Shown here piece after piece: positions 50,077 through 61,017 of a DNA stretch of 64,000 bases; within the stretch, counting starts at the first letter, position 1, and every line of letters begins with the position of its first letter. The notes beneath the pieces were generated by a model. The model was not told the origin of the DNA. It saw only the letters and a program-made list of their open reading frames with translations, and did not search any database. The position numbers and the translations under genes are program-made. The stretch comes from Desulfatiglandales bacterium (GTDB lineage Bacteria; Desulfobacterota; DSM-4660; Desulfatiglandales; Desulfatiglandaceae). Location of the stretch: the NCBI GenBank assembly GCA_963662465.1, contig OY759599.1, positions 6,176,001 to 6,240,000 on the forward strand. Reading direction: 5' to 3'.

Positions 50077-50931
50077 ATGATTATCAGTATAGCAAGCGGC
50101 AAGGGAGGAACGGGAAAGACCACGGTCGCCACCAATCTGGCGGTTTCCCTTGATTTCGAAGCGCAGATTCTGGATTGCGACGTGGAAGAACCCAATGTAC
50201 ACCTCTTTATCCAACCTCATATGGAAGAGACCCGGATTATTACCACCCCGGTACCCGAGGTGGACATGGAGAAATGCAGCCTTTGCGGGAAATGTGGGGA
50301 AATCTGTCAGTTCAGGGCCATTATTGTGCTCGGAGAGACCGTGCTGCCCTTTGTTGAAATGTGCCATAGCTGTGGCGGCTGCATGGCGGTCTGTCCCGAA
50401 AAGGCCATCACCGAGACGACCCGGGAGTTGGGCCGCATCGAAAGGGGACATCGCAATGGTCTGGAATTTGTCCATGGAAAACTGAGAGTAGGCGAAGCCA
50501 TGTCTCCGCCGCTGATCAAGAGCGTGCGGCAATACACTCGCCCCGACGTCCTGACCATTATCGATGCCCCACCGGGAACCTCATGCCCCGTGATTGCCTC
50601 CATGAAAGGGGCGGATTTTGTGTTGCTGGTGACCGAACCCACGCCCTTCGGCCTCCACGATTTGAAATTGGCGGTGGGCGCCGTCCGAATTCTCGACATT
50701 CCTTGCGGGCTGGTCATCAACCGATCGGATATGGGTGATGATAAGGTCTTAAGTTATGCCAAAAAGGAAAATATTCCAATCTTAATGGAAATTCCCTTTG
50801 ATCGAAAGATTGCTGAGGCGTATTCAAGGGGCGACATGATTGTAGAAGTTATGCCTGAATGGAAAGAAAACTTTATCAAACTGTACCGGGATATTGCTGA
50901 AATAGCAGGGCATAAAAGGAGCGTTTCATGA
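50077..50931 (+). CDS. MinD/CobQ-type P-loop ATPase with 2x[4Fe-4S] insertion
   Basis: GKGGTGKT, DCDVEEPN, CSLCGKC and CHSCGGC...CP, DAPPGTSCP. Confidence 0.9.
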   Translation: MIISIASGKGGTGKTTVATNLAVSLDFEAQILDCDVEEPNVHLFIQPHMEETRIITTPVPEVDMEKCSLCGKCGEICQFRAIIVLGETVLPFVEMCHSCGGCMAVCPEKAITETTRELGRIERGHRNGLEFVHGKLRVGEAMSPPLIKSVRQYTRPDVLTIIDAPPGTSCPVIASMKGADFVLLVTEPTPFGLHDLKLAVGAVRILDIPCGLVINRSDMGDDKVLSYAKKENIPILMEIPFDRKIAEAYSRGDMIVEVMPEWKENFIKLYRDIAEIAGHKRSVS

Positions 50932-51788
50932 AAGAGATAGTCGTCATAAGCGGCAAGGGAGGAACGGGAAAGACCAGTATCATTTCGGCGTTTGCTTCCC
51001 TTGCCAAAAGCAAAGTGCTTTGCGATGCGGATGTGGATGCGGCGGATCTTCACCTGATAATGGCCCCTACGATAAAGGAACGCCATGATTTTGATTCCGG
51101 ACACACTGCGAAAATTGATCTGGATAAATGTACCCAGTGTGGCCAGTGCCGGGACCTGTGCCGATGGGATGCCATCAGCGAGGATTTTGTGGTGGACGAA
51201 ATCGAATGCGAGGGTTGCGGGGTCTGTTATTATTTTTGTCCTGAAAAAGCCATTGAATTTCCCCTCAACACCTGCGGCGAGTGGTTTATTTCCGATACAC
51301 GATTTGGTCCCATGGCCCATGCCAGCCTGGGCATTGCCGAAGAGAACTCCGGAAAACTAGTGGCGCTCATTCGAAAGGAAGGACGGGAACTGGCTGAAAA
51401 AAATAATCTGGATTTACTGCTCACGGATGGTCCTCCCGGTGTGGGATGCCCGGTCATCGCGTCCCTGGGCGGGGCCTCGGCCGTTTTGATCGTGGCTGAG
51501 CCTACGGTTTCGGGCAAACATGACATGGAAAGGGTGTCGGAGCTGGCGGCATTTTTCAAGGTGCCGGCAATGCTTTGCGTCAACAAATTTGATCTCAATC
51601 CCGGGATGGGAGAGGCCATCGAGGCCTTTGCGCAAGAAAAGAACATAAAGGTTATGGGTCGCGTTCCCTTTGATCCCGCCTTTACCCACGCCATGGTTCA
51701 GGGAAAGACCATTGTTGAGTTTGATGAACAGGGGGAGGGCGCCCGGGCGGTTAAAGCTATTTGGGAGAAGGTGAAAGGCGAAAGCTGA
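50928..51788 (+). CDS. MinD/CobQ-type P-loop ATPase with 2x[4Fe-4S] insertion (paralog)
   Basis: GKGGTGKT, DADVDAADL, CTQCGQC and CEGCGVC...CP, DGPPGVGCP. Confidence 0.9.
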   Translation: MKEIVVISGKGGTGKTSIISAFASLAKSKVLCDADVDAADLHLIMAPTIKERHDFDSGHTAKIDLDKCTQCGQCRDLCRWDAISEDFVVDEIECEGCGVCYYFCPEKAIEFPLNTCGEWFISDTRFGPMAHASLGIAEENSGKLVALIRKEGRELAEKNNLDLLLTDGPPGVGCPVIASLGGASAVLIVAEPTVSGKHDMERVSELAAFFKVPAMLCVNKFDLNPGMGEAIEAFAQEKNIKVMGRVPFDPAFTHAMVQGKTIVEFDEQGEGARAVKAIWEKVKGES

Positions 51789-51807
51789 AAAAAAGGAGGG
51801 ACAATCA

Positions 51808-52035
51808 ATGCCGAGAGGAGACGGAACAGGACCGGGAGGCCAGGGCGCTGGAACAGGTCGTGGAATGGGCAGAGGCCAAGGCGGGCAGGGCAGAGGCCGC
51901 GGGGGTGGTGTCGGAGCGGGGCCGGGAGGCAATTGCGTTTGTCCCAGCTGCGGTGAAAAGGCGCCCCACCAGCTGGGAACGCCCTGCTATGACCAGCAGT
52001 GTCCCAAATGCGGGGCATCCATGACGCGGGAATAG
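51808..52035 (+). CDS. small Gly-rich DUF5320-like protein with C-terminal Cys motifs
   Basis: MPRGDGTGP start; CVCPSCG...PC...CPKCG; aaggaggg RBS. Confidence 0.78.
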   Translation: MPRGDGTGPGGQGAGTGRGMGRGQGGQGRGRGGGVGAGPGGNCVCPSCGEKAPHQLGTPCYDQQCPKCGASMTRE

Positions 52036-52051
52036 GGACCGATTATACGCC

Positions 52052-52076
52052 CGTTCCCACGCTCTGCGTGGGAACG
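52052..52076. repeat. REP-like perfect palindrome
   Basis: cgttcccacgc-tct-gcgtgggaacg directly after the operon. Confidence 0.7.
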
Positions 52077-52375
52077 TAAGGCGGGATGCTTCGTGTCCAT
52101 GCCCGTCAATTTCAAAATTCTCCCGCCAAGGGGGTTGTTACGCCGGCGGATGAAAAATCTTTAGACGTTATTTTTCTCTGTTTGTTATCCTTGGGCAGGA
52201 TGCTCTGATCCATTTTTCCTTCAGCACGGAAATCAGATATGCCCGAAACGCGAGATCCGGGCACTGAATTCACGATCGTTCAATACATTGACATTGAGCT
52301 TTCCTGCTATGTACCGTCAAAAATCCGTATTTTTTCATGCTGGGTGTTGAGAATGCTCAAATCTCAAACTTCCAG

Positions 52376-52482
52376 CTATAGCATTTTTCATATGACTTGA
52401 TGAGCTTTTTTGGAAACAAAGTAAATAATATCAATGATTAAAGGCTAAGAATCGATATCAAGTCATCTGGAATGCCCTATAG
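52376..52482. mobile_element. short MITE-like element (~107 bp) with imperfect ~26-bp terminal inverted repeats
   Basis: ctatagcatttttcatatgacttgat ... atcaagtcatctggaatgccctatag. Confidence 0.6.
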
Positions 52483-52853
52483 TTGATGTACGTTGGAGTT
52501 ATCACAGGTCTTATGTCCTCCAAAAAACTGTCAGTTCCATGCACCTCTTAGCACTCATTCCGCACCCATGCCAACGATAATATCACAGGCATTCGTCTGC
52601 GAGAAATCGGTTGAGATATCATTCCGACCGAAATAGTGGAGTTGACCTCATGGGGCTCACAAAGCATTTCAAACCACAATTTGGAGATGGCTCGTATCAC
52701 AACTCGGTCGCCACTTGATGTCTCTGAAATATTAACAGGTTTCGGTTCATCCATAAAATTGTGAAGGCCGTGTCCCTCTTGACCAGAGGTCAGTCATCCT
52801 AATGAAAAGCCAATAAGTCACGAGCGTTCCTGTTCCCCAGAGGTTTGCAACAG

Positions 52854-54631
52854 CTAAAAACCATATTTGGTGGTGTGCCCCTTGGGTGCCCCTTCATCTC
52901 TAACTGATGGCAAGGTTTGAGTTTCCTTTGCACCATTGCTTTTCTGACCTAAACTTTGCCATTCCCTCTCGTCAGAGCGGTTTCTAGGCATATTCGTTTT
53001 TCCCGGTTCCACCGAATTACGTTCAGAAGGCTTTGACAGGTTGGGTGGTGCAGTCTTTTTCGCCTCTCTCTCTTTTGCAAACATATTCAAATCGGAGTCG
53101 GATAGTTTAAAGAAAGACATGCCTTCCTTATTAGCTGTAACACCTTGTCTTGGATTAAGAATCATCTTTTCTGAGGTAGCTTTCGAAGTCACCTCCACAG
53201 TCCCTTCATAGACCTCTATCACCGAAACATTTCCTTTTTCAATACATCTGAACTTGGTCCCTTTGGCCCAGGCCTCAAGCCTGTCCAAGAGAATAAACAG
53301 ATCAGTATTCATTTTATCAAAGCTTTCATCAAATTTTTTGTTAGTTTTTTTAATGGTGATCCAAATATTACCCAAAATGAGTTTTATATCTATTAATTTA
53401 CGTTTTTTTCGTGGGGGGAGAAACACCAGTGTTGAGTTGGGACCCATAATAACATCTGACCCATTTTTGTTAACTATAACCACTTCGCTATCATCAAAAG
53501 TCTTTATCGTATCACCGTAATGGATCTTATTTCCGGAAATAGTTTTCCCATCGTTGCTTACGATCTCCATTTTACCGTCCGTGAAGGAAATCCACGCCCC
53601 GGAAGGTTTGCCAAAACTACTTTTTAACTCTTGTACCCTCTTGTCTATCTCTTTTTCTTCCTCAAGATATTTTGGGTCAAGTAAGCGGGCTTTGCGGCTC
53701 CACTCATCAAAATGGGCCTTGGCTGCAGCATAATTATCTAGACCATCTTCTTCCATGCACTTTTTGATGCATGAATCCTTGGGATATCCCCGAGAGCAAA
53801 CCGCAGTCCCTCCTATGCATGGGCCATTGTAAAGCTTGGCGCAGGGAGCATTAGCGTTAAAGGTTCTAACCTTCTTGAGGGACAAGATGCCGCCATCTTC
53901 CGGAGCCATCCCAAGGGAACAACGGCACACACAGGATTCAAATTGGCGGAGTTTTTGATCAGACAAGTCATTAAAATCGATTCTTTTTGTGGGAGATATC
54001 GTCCCCGGTTCGCTAAGGTCTGAAACGCCGGCACCGGAATCAATATTCCATTCGTAAATATATCAAAATCCCTGCTGCACCGTATTCATTGATCCATCGG
54101 GACAAAACCTGATCGCAAAGGATTCACCCTTTGATCCTGCCGGAACTTTGAATTTGACCGTCTTTGTCGCTGTATCAGACTTAGCTCGTGAATTTGCCTC
54201 CACTCTACCCAGCTCATGTCGTCCACCACAAACGGTGCCGCAGCCGCAACTTGGAAGATCGATGGATATACTCAAACCAAGACTTAAAATAGCCCCGGTA
54301 TATTAGATCCTCTTTTTGCAGAAATTGTAAACTGCTGAGTCTCACCAGCATTAAGTCGTTTCGGGGGTGGGGTCCATGAGGCGCTGGCAGAGAATACTTC
54401 CTCTTTACGACAGTTACATACACCTGCAAAATAAACTGTACGCAAAGAGAAGGTTCCTTCACTGATCGTGATACGTTGTTCTCCACACTGGTTTTTAGAA
54501 TTTTTTCCCTCACCACTCTTGACATCTACCTGTTCCCAGTAGCCTTGAGCTCCAGCACAATTGGAAAAACCCAGAGAAAACAATACCAAAGATGAAAATA
54601 AGAACAGACATATAGAGACACGTTTAGACAA
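52854..54631 (-). pseudogene. interrupted secreted protein with C-terminal FecR-like domain
   Basis: Signal-peptide ORF 54284-54631, 1-nt frameshift in a T run near 54287, in-frame TGA at 54063-54065, then continuous frame to 52854; GDTIKT...GPNS...KGTKF...VYEGTVEV FecR-like motifs. Confidence 0.65.
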
Positions 54632-54901
54632 GTTCGCTCCTCCATTCTGTTTATAGGTAATAGTAGGAAATTAATTATTGCGTTGGTTTCTATAGCTCTA
54701 ATCTCTTCTTTCAGTACTGTCAAGGATTAGGTGGGAAAGGTGATTTAGATACCTTTATCTTGACAGGCTGCGGCTAATATGAGACAGCTCCTCAGGGTAG
54801 AAATCCTTTATCCGAAAATATTAAAAACCTCTTTCTTCTTTATCTATCAATGCTTATTTGAGACGTACGGAAGTCTCTTCAGCAAATGAGATGGTGGAAA
54901 A

Positions 54902-56203
54902 ATGGACAAACTTAACAGAATTGGCAGGGTTGCGATAAGATTCTTCCTTTGTGGGTTAATGGTAGTCTGTTGGTTATTTATTGTTCCAAAAGTTTCAGCC
55001 CAAACCTATGACTTCGACGAAGGGCTTGAAGCGGTTACCGAGGGTCTTGTATCAGAAAACAGTGGGATTTTGAAAAACAAGAAAGTAGCCGTTTTTGGAA
55101 TAATTGAAAGCAAGTCAGAAGAAAAGTGGTTAATCTCTTCGCATATTGAAGATGGAATTGTTGACGCCCTCGTCAATAATGGGTGCAGGGTTATTGAGAG
55201 GCGAAGGATTCAGGATGTAATAAAAAAGGAGATTAAAGAAACTACCGATCTGTGGTTTGACCAGGACCAAGCGGCTCAATTCGGAAAACTTGTCGGAGCG
55301 GACTTTGTTGTGACGGGCAATTACGTCCTGTGGGGACAGGGAATGCTTAAGATCAGCATAAGAGCCATTAATGTTGCCGACGGAGAGATTGTGGCCGCAG
55401 ACAAAGTGAAAATCCTTACGGACAGGATAGCGAACTTATTAAAATCAGAAGAGGACGGGAAACACCTGAAAGAGACTGATGTGGGCTCTGGGAAATCGGT
55501 TGCTGAACCGACAAGAGAAGAGAGTAAAACAACACTCGCGGTTAACGCAAACGTAACAAACGCCAAAGTCCTGGTGGACGGAAAAGAAATGGGGCTTACA
55601 CCCATGTCGGATGTGACAGTATCACCGGGCGAACGCAAAATAACGGTTAAGAAACAGGGCTATGAACTCTACCAAAAAACGATTCATCTTGGTAAAGGCA
55701 GAGCCGTATCTCTCTACGTGGATTTGCATTTGAAAAGAACGAAAAAAGGGAGATCTTATGTCGAGGTGAAGCCCGATGATGCAACCGTGAAAACGACAAC
55801 AAAGCATCAGCCTGAGCATCCCAAAACCGAGAATCGTTCGATTAGATGCTCGAAAGAGTCTATTCTTGTAAAACACGAATTTCTGGGCGCTTGCGGGTTT
55901 GTTAATAAATCTCAGTTTATTCTAGCCGAAGGGCGTAATGTCAGCCGTATACGAATCTGGTATTATACGCCAAAAGGCGGTGGCAGCCTAAATGTGAACA
56001 TCGTCGGGCCAAATGGCTATTCATGGTCAGGTCTAACCCGTATGGGCAATTGTCAAGGGCAATGGTGCGAAGGCATAGTGAATCTCAATCAGTACCTTAG
56101 CAGGGGGACCTACTCTCTAGCAATTGACAGTGTCTCGATGTGCAAGAATCCAAATGGCCTCACAACCCTCATTGTTTACGGTTGTACAGAGAGTTCTAAT
56201 TAA
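54902..56203 (+). CDS. secreted FlgO/CsgG-like domain + PEGA domain protein
   Basis: Signal peptide; VIERRRI...GKLVGADFVVTG (CsgG/FlgO-like); AKVLVDGKEMGLTP...KQGY (PEGA). Confidence 0.72.
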   Translation: MDKLNRIGRVAIRFFLCGLMVVCWLFIVPKVSAQTYDFDEGLEAVTEGLVSENSGILKNKKVAVFGIIESKSEEKWLISSHIEDGIVDALVNNGCRVIERRRIQDVIKKEIKETTDLWFDQDQAAQFGKLVGADFVVTGNYVLWGQGMLKISIRAINVADGEIVAADKVKILTDRIANLLKSEEDGKHLKETDVGSGKSVAEPTREESKTTLAVNANVTNAKVLVDGKEMGLTPMSDVTVSPGERKITVKKQGYELYQKTIHLGKGRAVSLYVDLHLKRTKKGRSYVEVKPDDATVKTTTKHQPEHPKTENRSIRCSKESILVKHEFLGACGFVNKSQFILAEGRNVSRIRIWYYTPKGGGSLNVNIVGPNGYSWSGLTRMGNCQGQWCEGIVNLNQYLSRGTYSLAIDSVSMCKNPNGLTTLIVYGCTESSN

Positions 56204-56226
56204 GATTTATTCCGAGAGCATTGAAC

Positions 56227-58329
56227 ATGAAATTCAACCCATTTTACGGACGTTTTAAAACTCCCTCCTGGACTGTGTTGTTCAGGTATGTGGTACTGAG
56301 TGCCGTATGTCTGCTAACCATGGCGGGCAATGCCTGGGGTGTTCCCAATGTGATTCAGATCCTGGTTGATCCTGTTGGTGGGCTGGTTGCTTTAACCGAA
56401 GACAAGGGCGGGCTCTTTTATTCCAACGATGGGGGCAAACAATGGGCACAAGGAAAAGGTTTGCCCAAAACCTATCTTTACAGGGCTTCAGCAGGCCCAA
56501 AAAAGAATCTTTTTATGACAACCTCAGACGGAGTTTATTGTTCTGTTAATGGGGGGGCTGATTGGTTTCAGAGCGGAAGGGTAAACAGTGCCTTTATTGC
56601 TTTTGCTCCATCAGGGGACTTATGCTTGGTAAAAGTTTGGGGAGAGGGTCTTTTCAAGACGTCAAGCCAATATTTTATGGATAGGGGCGCAACCCACGGT
56701 GCAAAAGCCACGGATGCAATTGACCAAATTGAGAATGAGATTACCCAGAAATCGCTCGCACTCGCAAAATTGATTAAAGACCTTAAACAGAAAATGGGGC
56801 TTCAATCACCGGATACAACAGATTTTCAGCGCATGGATACCAATAAGACGCAGCAGTTCCTAGCGAAAATAAAGCCTGCAAGTGATGAACTGAAAGCCCT
56901 GAAAAAGCAAGCAGCCCAATTGAAAGAGGTAGGCGGCGCTGGTTTGCAGCCTATCCAAGGATTGCCGGATAGATTCATACAGTGCATATCATTCAGTCAG
57001 GATGAAGAGGCGTTCGTCGGATTTTTCGGTAAGGGCGTATACGTTTCCCGGAATGGCGGCCTGAACTGGGTCGAGGCCAGTCAAGGCCTCGAAAACCGTG
57101 ACATTCTGGCAATGGAATCAAACCCCAGTGGTATCGTTTTTGCCGGCACCTACGGTGGAGGGCTTTTCCGGTGTTCCTCAAAAGAGACAATCTGGTCCCG
57201 ACTCAATTTAGGCTTAAAAAAACGAATTGTGACCTGCCTGGCTTTCGGGTCCCGCAGCCTAGTTCTTGTGGGGACCCGGGGAGAAGGCATGCGGCTTTCC
57301 CATGATGGCGGAAACACCTGGAACCCAATCGAAGGGCCTCTCGCCGAAGCCAATGTTCAGGCGGTGGCTGTCGATCTGGAAGGGACGCTCTGGGCCGGCG
57401 TTTACGGTAGTGGGCTCTTTTTTTCACGGGATGAGGGTAAAAGCTGGTTTCCAAAGCCTTTTGCGTATGTTTCGCGGGTGGTTGGATTGGCAACGAATGG
57501 AAACGGGGATTGGTACGCGGCGGTTACGGGTTTGGGGCTTTTGCGCAGCAGCGATAAAGGGGGAAACTGGACGCTGATATCATTGCCTTTTCCTTTGGAA
57601 CAGGGGATATCCATTGCCTTTCAGAAAGACCGTTTATGGGTGGCATCCCGCCAATGCGGACCCTTTTTCAAAACGGATGGTGGCAAAACATGGAAAAAAT
57701 CAATCACGGGTTTGCCTGAAGAAGGGGTTCACGCGTTGAGGGCTGATCCCAAGGGATCAATCTTTGTCACATCGGTCGATGGAAAAGGCCTCTACCAACT
57801 GAATTCTCAGGATGCCTGGGAAAAAATCAGTGCGGATGACGGCCATGACTATTCCGCCTGGGACCTGCTTTTTCTTCCCAATGGTGAAGCAGTGGTGTGG
57901 GGCTATAATGATGTCCTTTTTTCAAGGGATGGTTTGAAAAAATGGCACCGCGAGCGAATCGGACAGGCATTTAAAGATCTGTGGGTGGATCAAAATAGAA
58001 CCATATGGACCCGACGTCAGATAAGCACCTTTGCATTTACAGAGAATGGGCTGGAATTTCCAGATAAAAGCGAGAACATTCCGGAAGATCGATACACCTT
58101 TTTTGTTCCTTTCAATTCTTCCCAGTTCGCAGCCATTCGATCTGATAGCGGAATTGATACGCTTCAATTAGTGGATAAGAAATTGAAGCCCCTTTTTCGG
58201 GGGATTGAGAACAAGAAAGTACTGTCCATCACTGTGGACGGAACATCTTTGCTTGCGGGTACAGAACACGGGATATGGGTTTCGGAGAACCAAGGGCAAT
58301 CGTGGCGGAAAGTGGATCTGCAGCCTTGA
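56227..58329 (+). CDS. secreted BNR/Asp-box beta-propeller repeat protein with coiled-coil insert
   Basis: Many SxDGGxxW Asp-boxes (SNDGGKQW, SRNGGLNW, SHDGGNTW, SSDKGGNW, SENQGQSW). Confidence 0.82.
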   Translation: MKFNPFYGRFKTPSWTVLFRYVVLSAVCLLTMAGNAWGVPNVIQILVDPVGGLVALTEDKGGLFYSNDGGKQWAQGKGLPKTYLYRASAGPKKNLFMTTSDGVYCSVNGGADWFQSGRVNSAFIAFAPSGDLCLVKVWGEGLFKTSSQYFMDRGATHGAKATDAIDQIENEITQKSLALAKLIKDLKQKMGLQSPDTTDFQRMDTNKTQQFLAKIKPASDELKALKKQAAQLKEVGGAGLQPIQGLPDRFIQCISFSQDEEAFVGFFGKGVYVSRNGGLNWVEASQGLENRDILAMESNPSGIVFAGTYGGGLFRCSSKETIWSRLNLGLKKRIVTCLAFGSRSLVLVGTRGEGMRLSHDGGNTWNPIEGPLAEANVQAVAVDLEGTLWAGVYGSGLFFSRDEGKSWFPKPFAYVSRVVGLATNGNGDWYAAVTGLGLLRSSDKGGNWTLISLPFPLEQGISIAFQKDRLWVASRQCGPFFKTDGGKTWKKSITGLPEEGVHALRADPKGSIFVTSVDGKGLYQLNSQDAWEKISADDGHDYSAWDLLFLPNGEAVVWGYNDVLFSRDGLKKWHRERIGQAFKDLWVDQNRTIWTRRQISTFAFTENGLEFPDKSENIPEDRYTFFVPFNSSQFAAIRSDSGIDTLQLVDKKLKPLFRGIENKKVLSITVDGTSLLAGTEHGIWVSENQGQSWRKVDLQP

Positions 58330-58379
58330 AAAGGTGCAGGCCTTTTAAACCAGCATGTTCGAAATCAAGAGAATAAACC

Positions 58380-59681
58380 ATGCGTTTTTTGTTGAATCCT
58401 TTTCTAATCTTTTGCGGCATATTTGCAGCTCTGCTGTTTTGGTGGCGACCCGCCCCGGAACTGATTTGCATGAAATCTGTGGACTGGGCGCATGAGTACG
58501 AAAAACAGCACACTCCCTCAAAACATCTTTTGGGCGCCATGGAAATGGCGCGTGAATTAATCCGCTCCGGTTCACCCCATGAGCCTTTCACTGAATTTAT
58601 CGCCCGGAAAACACGAGACCAGTTGATTGTTGTGGCCACAAAGGACTGGCAGTCATGGGATGAAAAGTATTTTTCAAAAGGAGCATTTTCCCCTAAACGC
58701 AATCTCTATTTTTCACCTGATGATTCGCCGATAGATGTCCTCAAGGATCCCCAGGGTTATGTTGAACTAAGAGGGAAGAACACGATCCATTTTGTGTACT
58801 ACGACCGTCTTGAAGCGAGGGAATTGGACTGGGATGACATCCCGAATTCTTTGCGATATCCATACCGCAACTTTGCCATAATAATGTTCTGTGCTGCCCT
58901 GCTCTTCTGGGGCGTCAGCAGGGTTCGGAAAAGGGTGCTCGATTTGGCTGCGGCAAGTTCAGCGGGCACAGGATGCCGGGTTTTTTTGGTCGGTATGTGC
59001 ATGGGTATGGCCCTGACGCTACTGCCGTTTCTGTATTACAATGGCGAAGCCGGCATCCCCGCTTTTTTTCTGGGTGTTGTGAGTATGTTGGCGGGGGCAA
59101 TCGGACTGGTTTTTTTCGGCCTACAGGTCTCGATGGTTCGAAAAATGATCGGTGGAAAAGATCAATTGGCCCACTGGACCTATGATCCTTCAAAGTGGAA
59201 ACGATTTATAGATTGGCATTTGAATGAGGAAAAAGAGGCAAAGTGGGGACTTTTTGTATTTATTACTATCATCATTGCGGTTGTGGGAGTGGGGTTCTGG
59301 CTGGCCATGAGGGATACCGCATCCTTGTGGGTACTCCTTTTTCTCCTGGGGCTGATTGTTTTGCTATGGCTGGTGGCAATTGTGGCGCCAAGATTGACCT
59401 ACCGCAGGCTGAAGAAGGGTTCAGGGCAGGTTTACCTTGGAAAATCCGGTATATATTTAAACGGGGTTGTACACACCTGGAGCCTGATCGGTTCGCGTTT
59501 GGAGTCCGTGGAGTTAATCCAGAAACCTTTTCCAATGTTGGTGTTTGTTTATTCATACCTCATGATGGCAGGCCAGTCGCTGTTTTTTTTCAGACGGTAC
59601 GCTTCCGTACATGTTCCTGTGCCAGACGGGAAAGAGGCTGAGGCAACCAAGGTTGTCAATCGTTATAGAAAGAAGGTATAA
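58380..59681 (+). CDS. hypothetical multi-pass membrane protein
   Basis: About six hydrophobic segments; conserved-looking LAHWTYDxxxW. Confidence 0.72.
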   Translation: MRFLLNPFLIFCGIFAALLFWWRPAPELICMKSVDWAHEYEKQHTPSKHLLGAMEMARELIRSGSPHEPFTEFIARKTRDQLIVVATKDWQSWDEKYFSKGAFSPKRNLYFSPDDSPIDVLKDPQGYVELRGKNTIHFVYYDRLEARELDWDDIPNSLRYPYRNFAIIMFCAALLFWGVSRVRKRVLDLAAASSAGTGCRVFLVGMCMGMALTLLPFLYYNGEAGIPAFFLGVVSMLAGAIGLVFFGLQVSMVRKMIGGKDQLAHWTYDPSKWKRFIDWHLNEEKEAKWGLFVFITIIIAVVGVGFWLAMRDTASLWVLLFLLGLIVLLWLVAIVAPRLTYRRLKKGSGQVYLGKSGIYLNGVVHTWSLIGSRLESVELIQKPFPMLVFVYSYLMMAGQSLFFFRRYASVHVPVPDGKEAEATKVVNRYRKKV

Positions 59682-59901
59682 AACCGGTTCAGACCTTGGG
59701 CTGTTTATTAGAAATCAAAACTCAGTCTTGCACAAATATTATTGCCGGAGCCTCTATTTATGCGGCAAAGGGTTGGCGTATCTGACAAAAATCCAATATT
59801 TTAGCAGGCCAAAACACAAAATTACGTTGACGCACAAGAGGGATTTCGCCATTCTTTTTCACCGAAAAGGCGAGTTCTTACCAAATTGAAGGAATGTATT
59901 T

Positions 59902-60747
59902 ATGAGGCTCAAAGCGTTGATTATAGCCATCATTCTTCTTGGTGTGCTGTGCACAGCGGGAGGATTCATGGCCTCTTGGCAGGGAGAAAAGAAGTTTACG
60001 GCTGAAACAGAGCAGGCCTTTTTAGGTCTGACCGATCAAAGCCAACCCTTTCTTCCAATCGTTAACCCAAAACAATCCATGGACGAGCTGCCCGAGCCGG
60101 TCCGTCTGTATTTGAGCAAAGCCCTTTCCGACAGCAGCAAATCAATCAGTTCAATCCGAATTAAGCAGACGGGTAAGATCAAGACCACAGAAGATTCCCG
60201 ATGGGACAACCTCGCTGCCACCCAAGTAATATCTCTTAACCCTCCGGGTTTGGTTTGGAGCGGAAAGGTGGATTATGCGCCGTTGACCCCATTGACGATA
60301 ATGACGTCGCTTCTTGGTGGAAAAGGGGCGACTCAGTCCAAGCTGTGGGGGCTGATTTCACTTTTTGAAAACAAATCATATTCAATGGGCAAGTATCTTC
60401 TCCTTCGTTGGCTGGCTGAAGCGGTTTGGTATCCAGAGGTCTTGTTAAAGGGGAAGGGCGTCAAATGGGACCGAGCGGAATCCAAGGTCCATGATGCGAG
60501 TACAGCGAAAATCATTATGGAAGTAGACGATCTTAAGGTTGAAGGCGAATTTCACTTTTTCCGCAGCTCTGGTGCTCCAATATTTTTCATCGGCCAATCG
60601 ATTGATGGTTACAAATGGTACTGTGAGTATTCGGGCTGGAAACAGATTCAAGGGCGGCAAATCCCGACGAAGTTAGTTCAGGGCGTGTACCATGGAGCCA
60701 ATAAGCAAGAAAGACTAATGATATTCGTGGATGAAATTGAATATTAG
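59902..60747 (+). CDS. DUF6544-like membrane-anchored protein
   Basis: LPEPVRLYL, QTGKI, WxxxxAxQ, LRWLAEAVWYP motifs. Confidence 0.65.
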   Translation: MRLKALIIAIILLGVLCTAGGFMASWQGEKKFTAETEQAFLGLTDQSQPFLPIVNPKQSMDELPEPVRLYLSKALSDSSKSISSIRIKQTGKIKTTEDSRWDNLAATQVISLNPPGLVWSGKVDYAPLTPLTIMTSLLGGKGATQSKLWGLISLFENKSYSMGKYLLLRWLAEAVWYPEVLLKGKGVKWDRAESKVHDASTAKIIMEVDDLKVEGEFHFFRSSGAPIFFIGQSIDGYKWYCEYSGWKQIQGRQIPTKLVQGVYHGANKQERLMIFVDEIEY

Positions 60748-61017
60748 CAATCTTTTTAGACTATTAACGGTCTGGATTAGATGCGGCACACGCTCGTAAG
60801 GCAAAGTGGACACTGTTTGAAAAGGGAGGGCAATCTATAAACCATACGGTTCTTTCGTGTGCGAACATGCAAAAGAGAATAGTAGGAATGGTTTTAATTT
60901 TGACCTGTTGTCAGCTTTTTCCGTCTATGACTCCGTACCCTTCCCAATCCTGCCTCAGATATCGCCATATGGCTATAAATAATCACTGCTTCTTTCACCA
61001 GGGGTAAGCATCCAAAA

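Noticed and set aside
52548..52754. Possible IS3-like integrase remnant (HSDR-like peptide on the plus strand)
   Set aside because: Only a four-residue resemblance, with no other DDE motifs or ends
54063..54065. In-frame TGA as possible selenocysteine
   Set aside because: No Cys-type redox context, no AGG-loop hairpin, and the same gene also has a frameshift; a nonsense mutation is more likely
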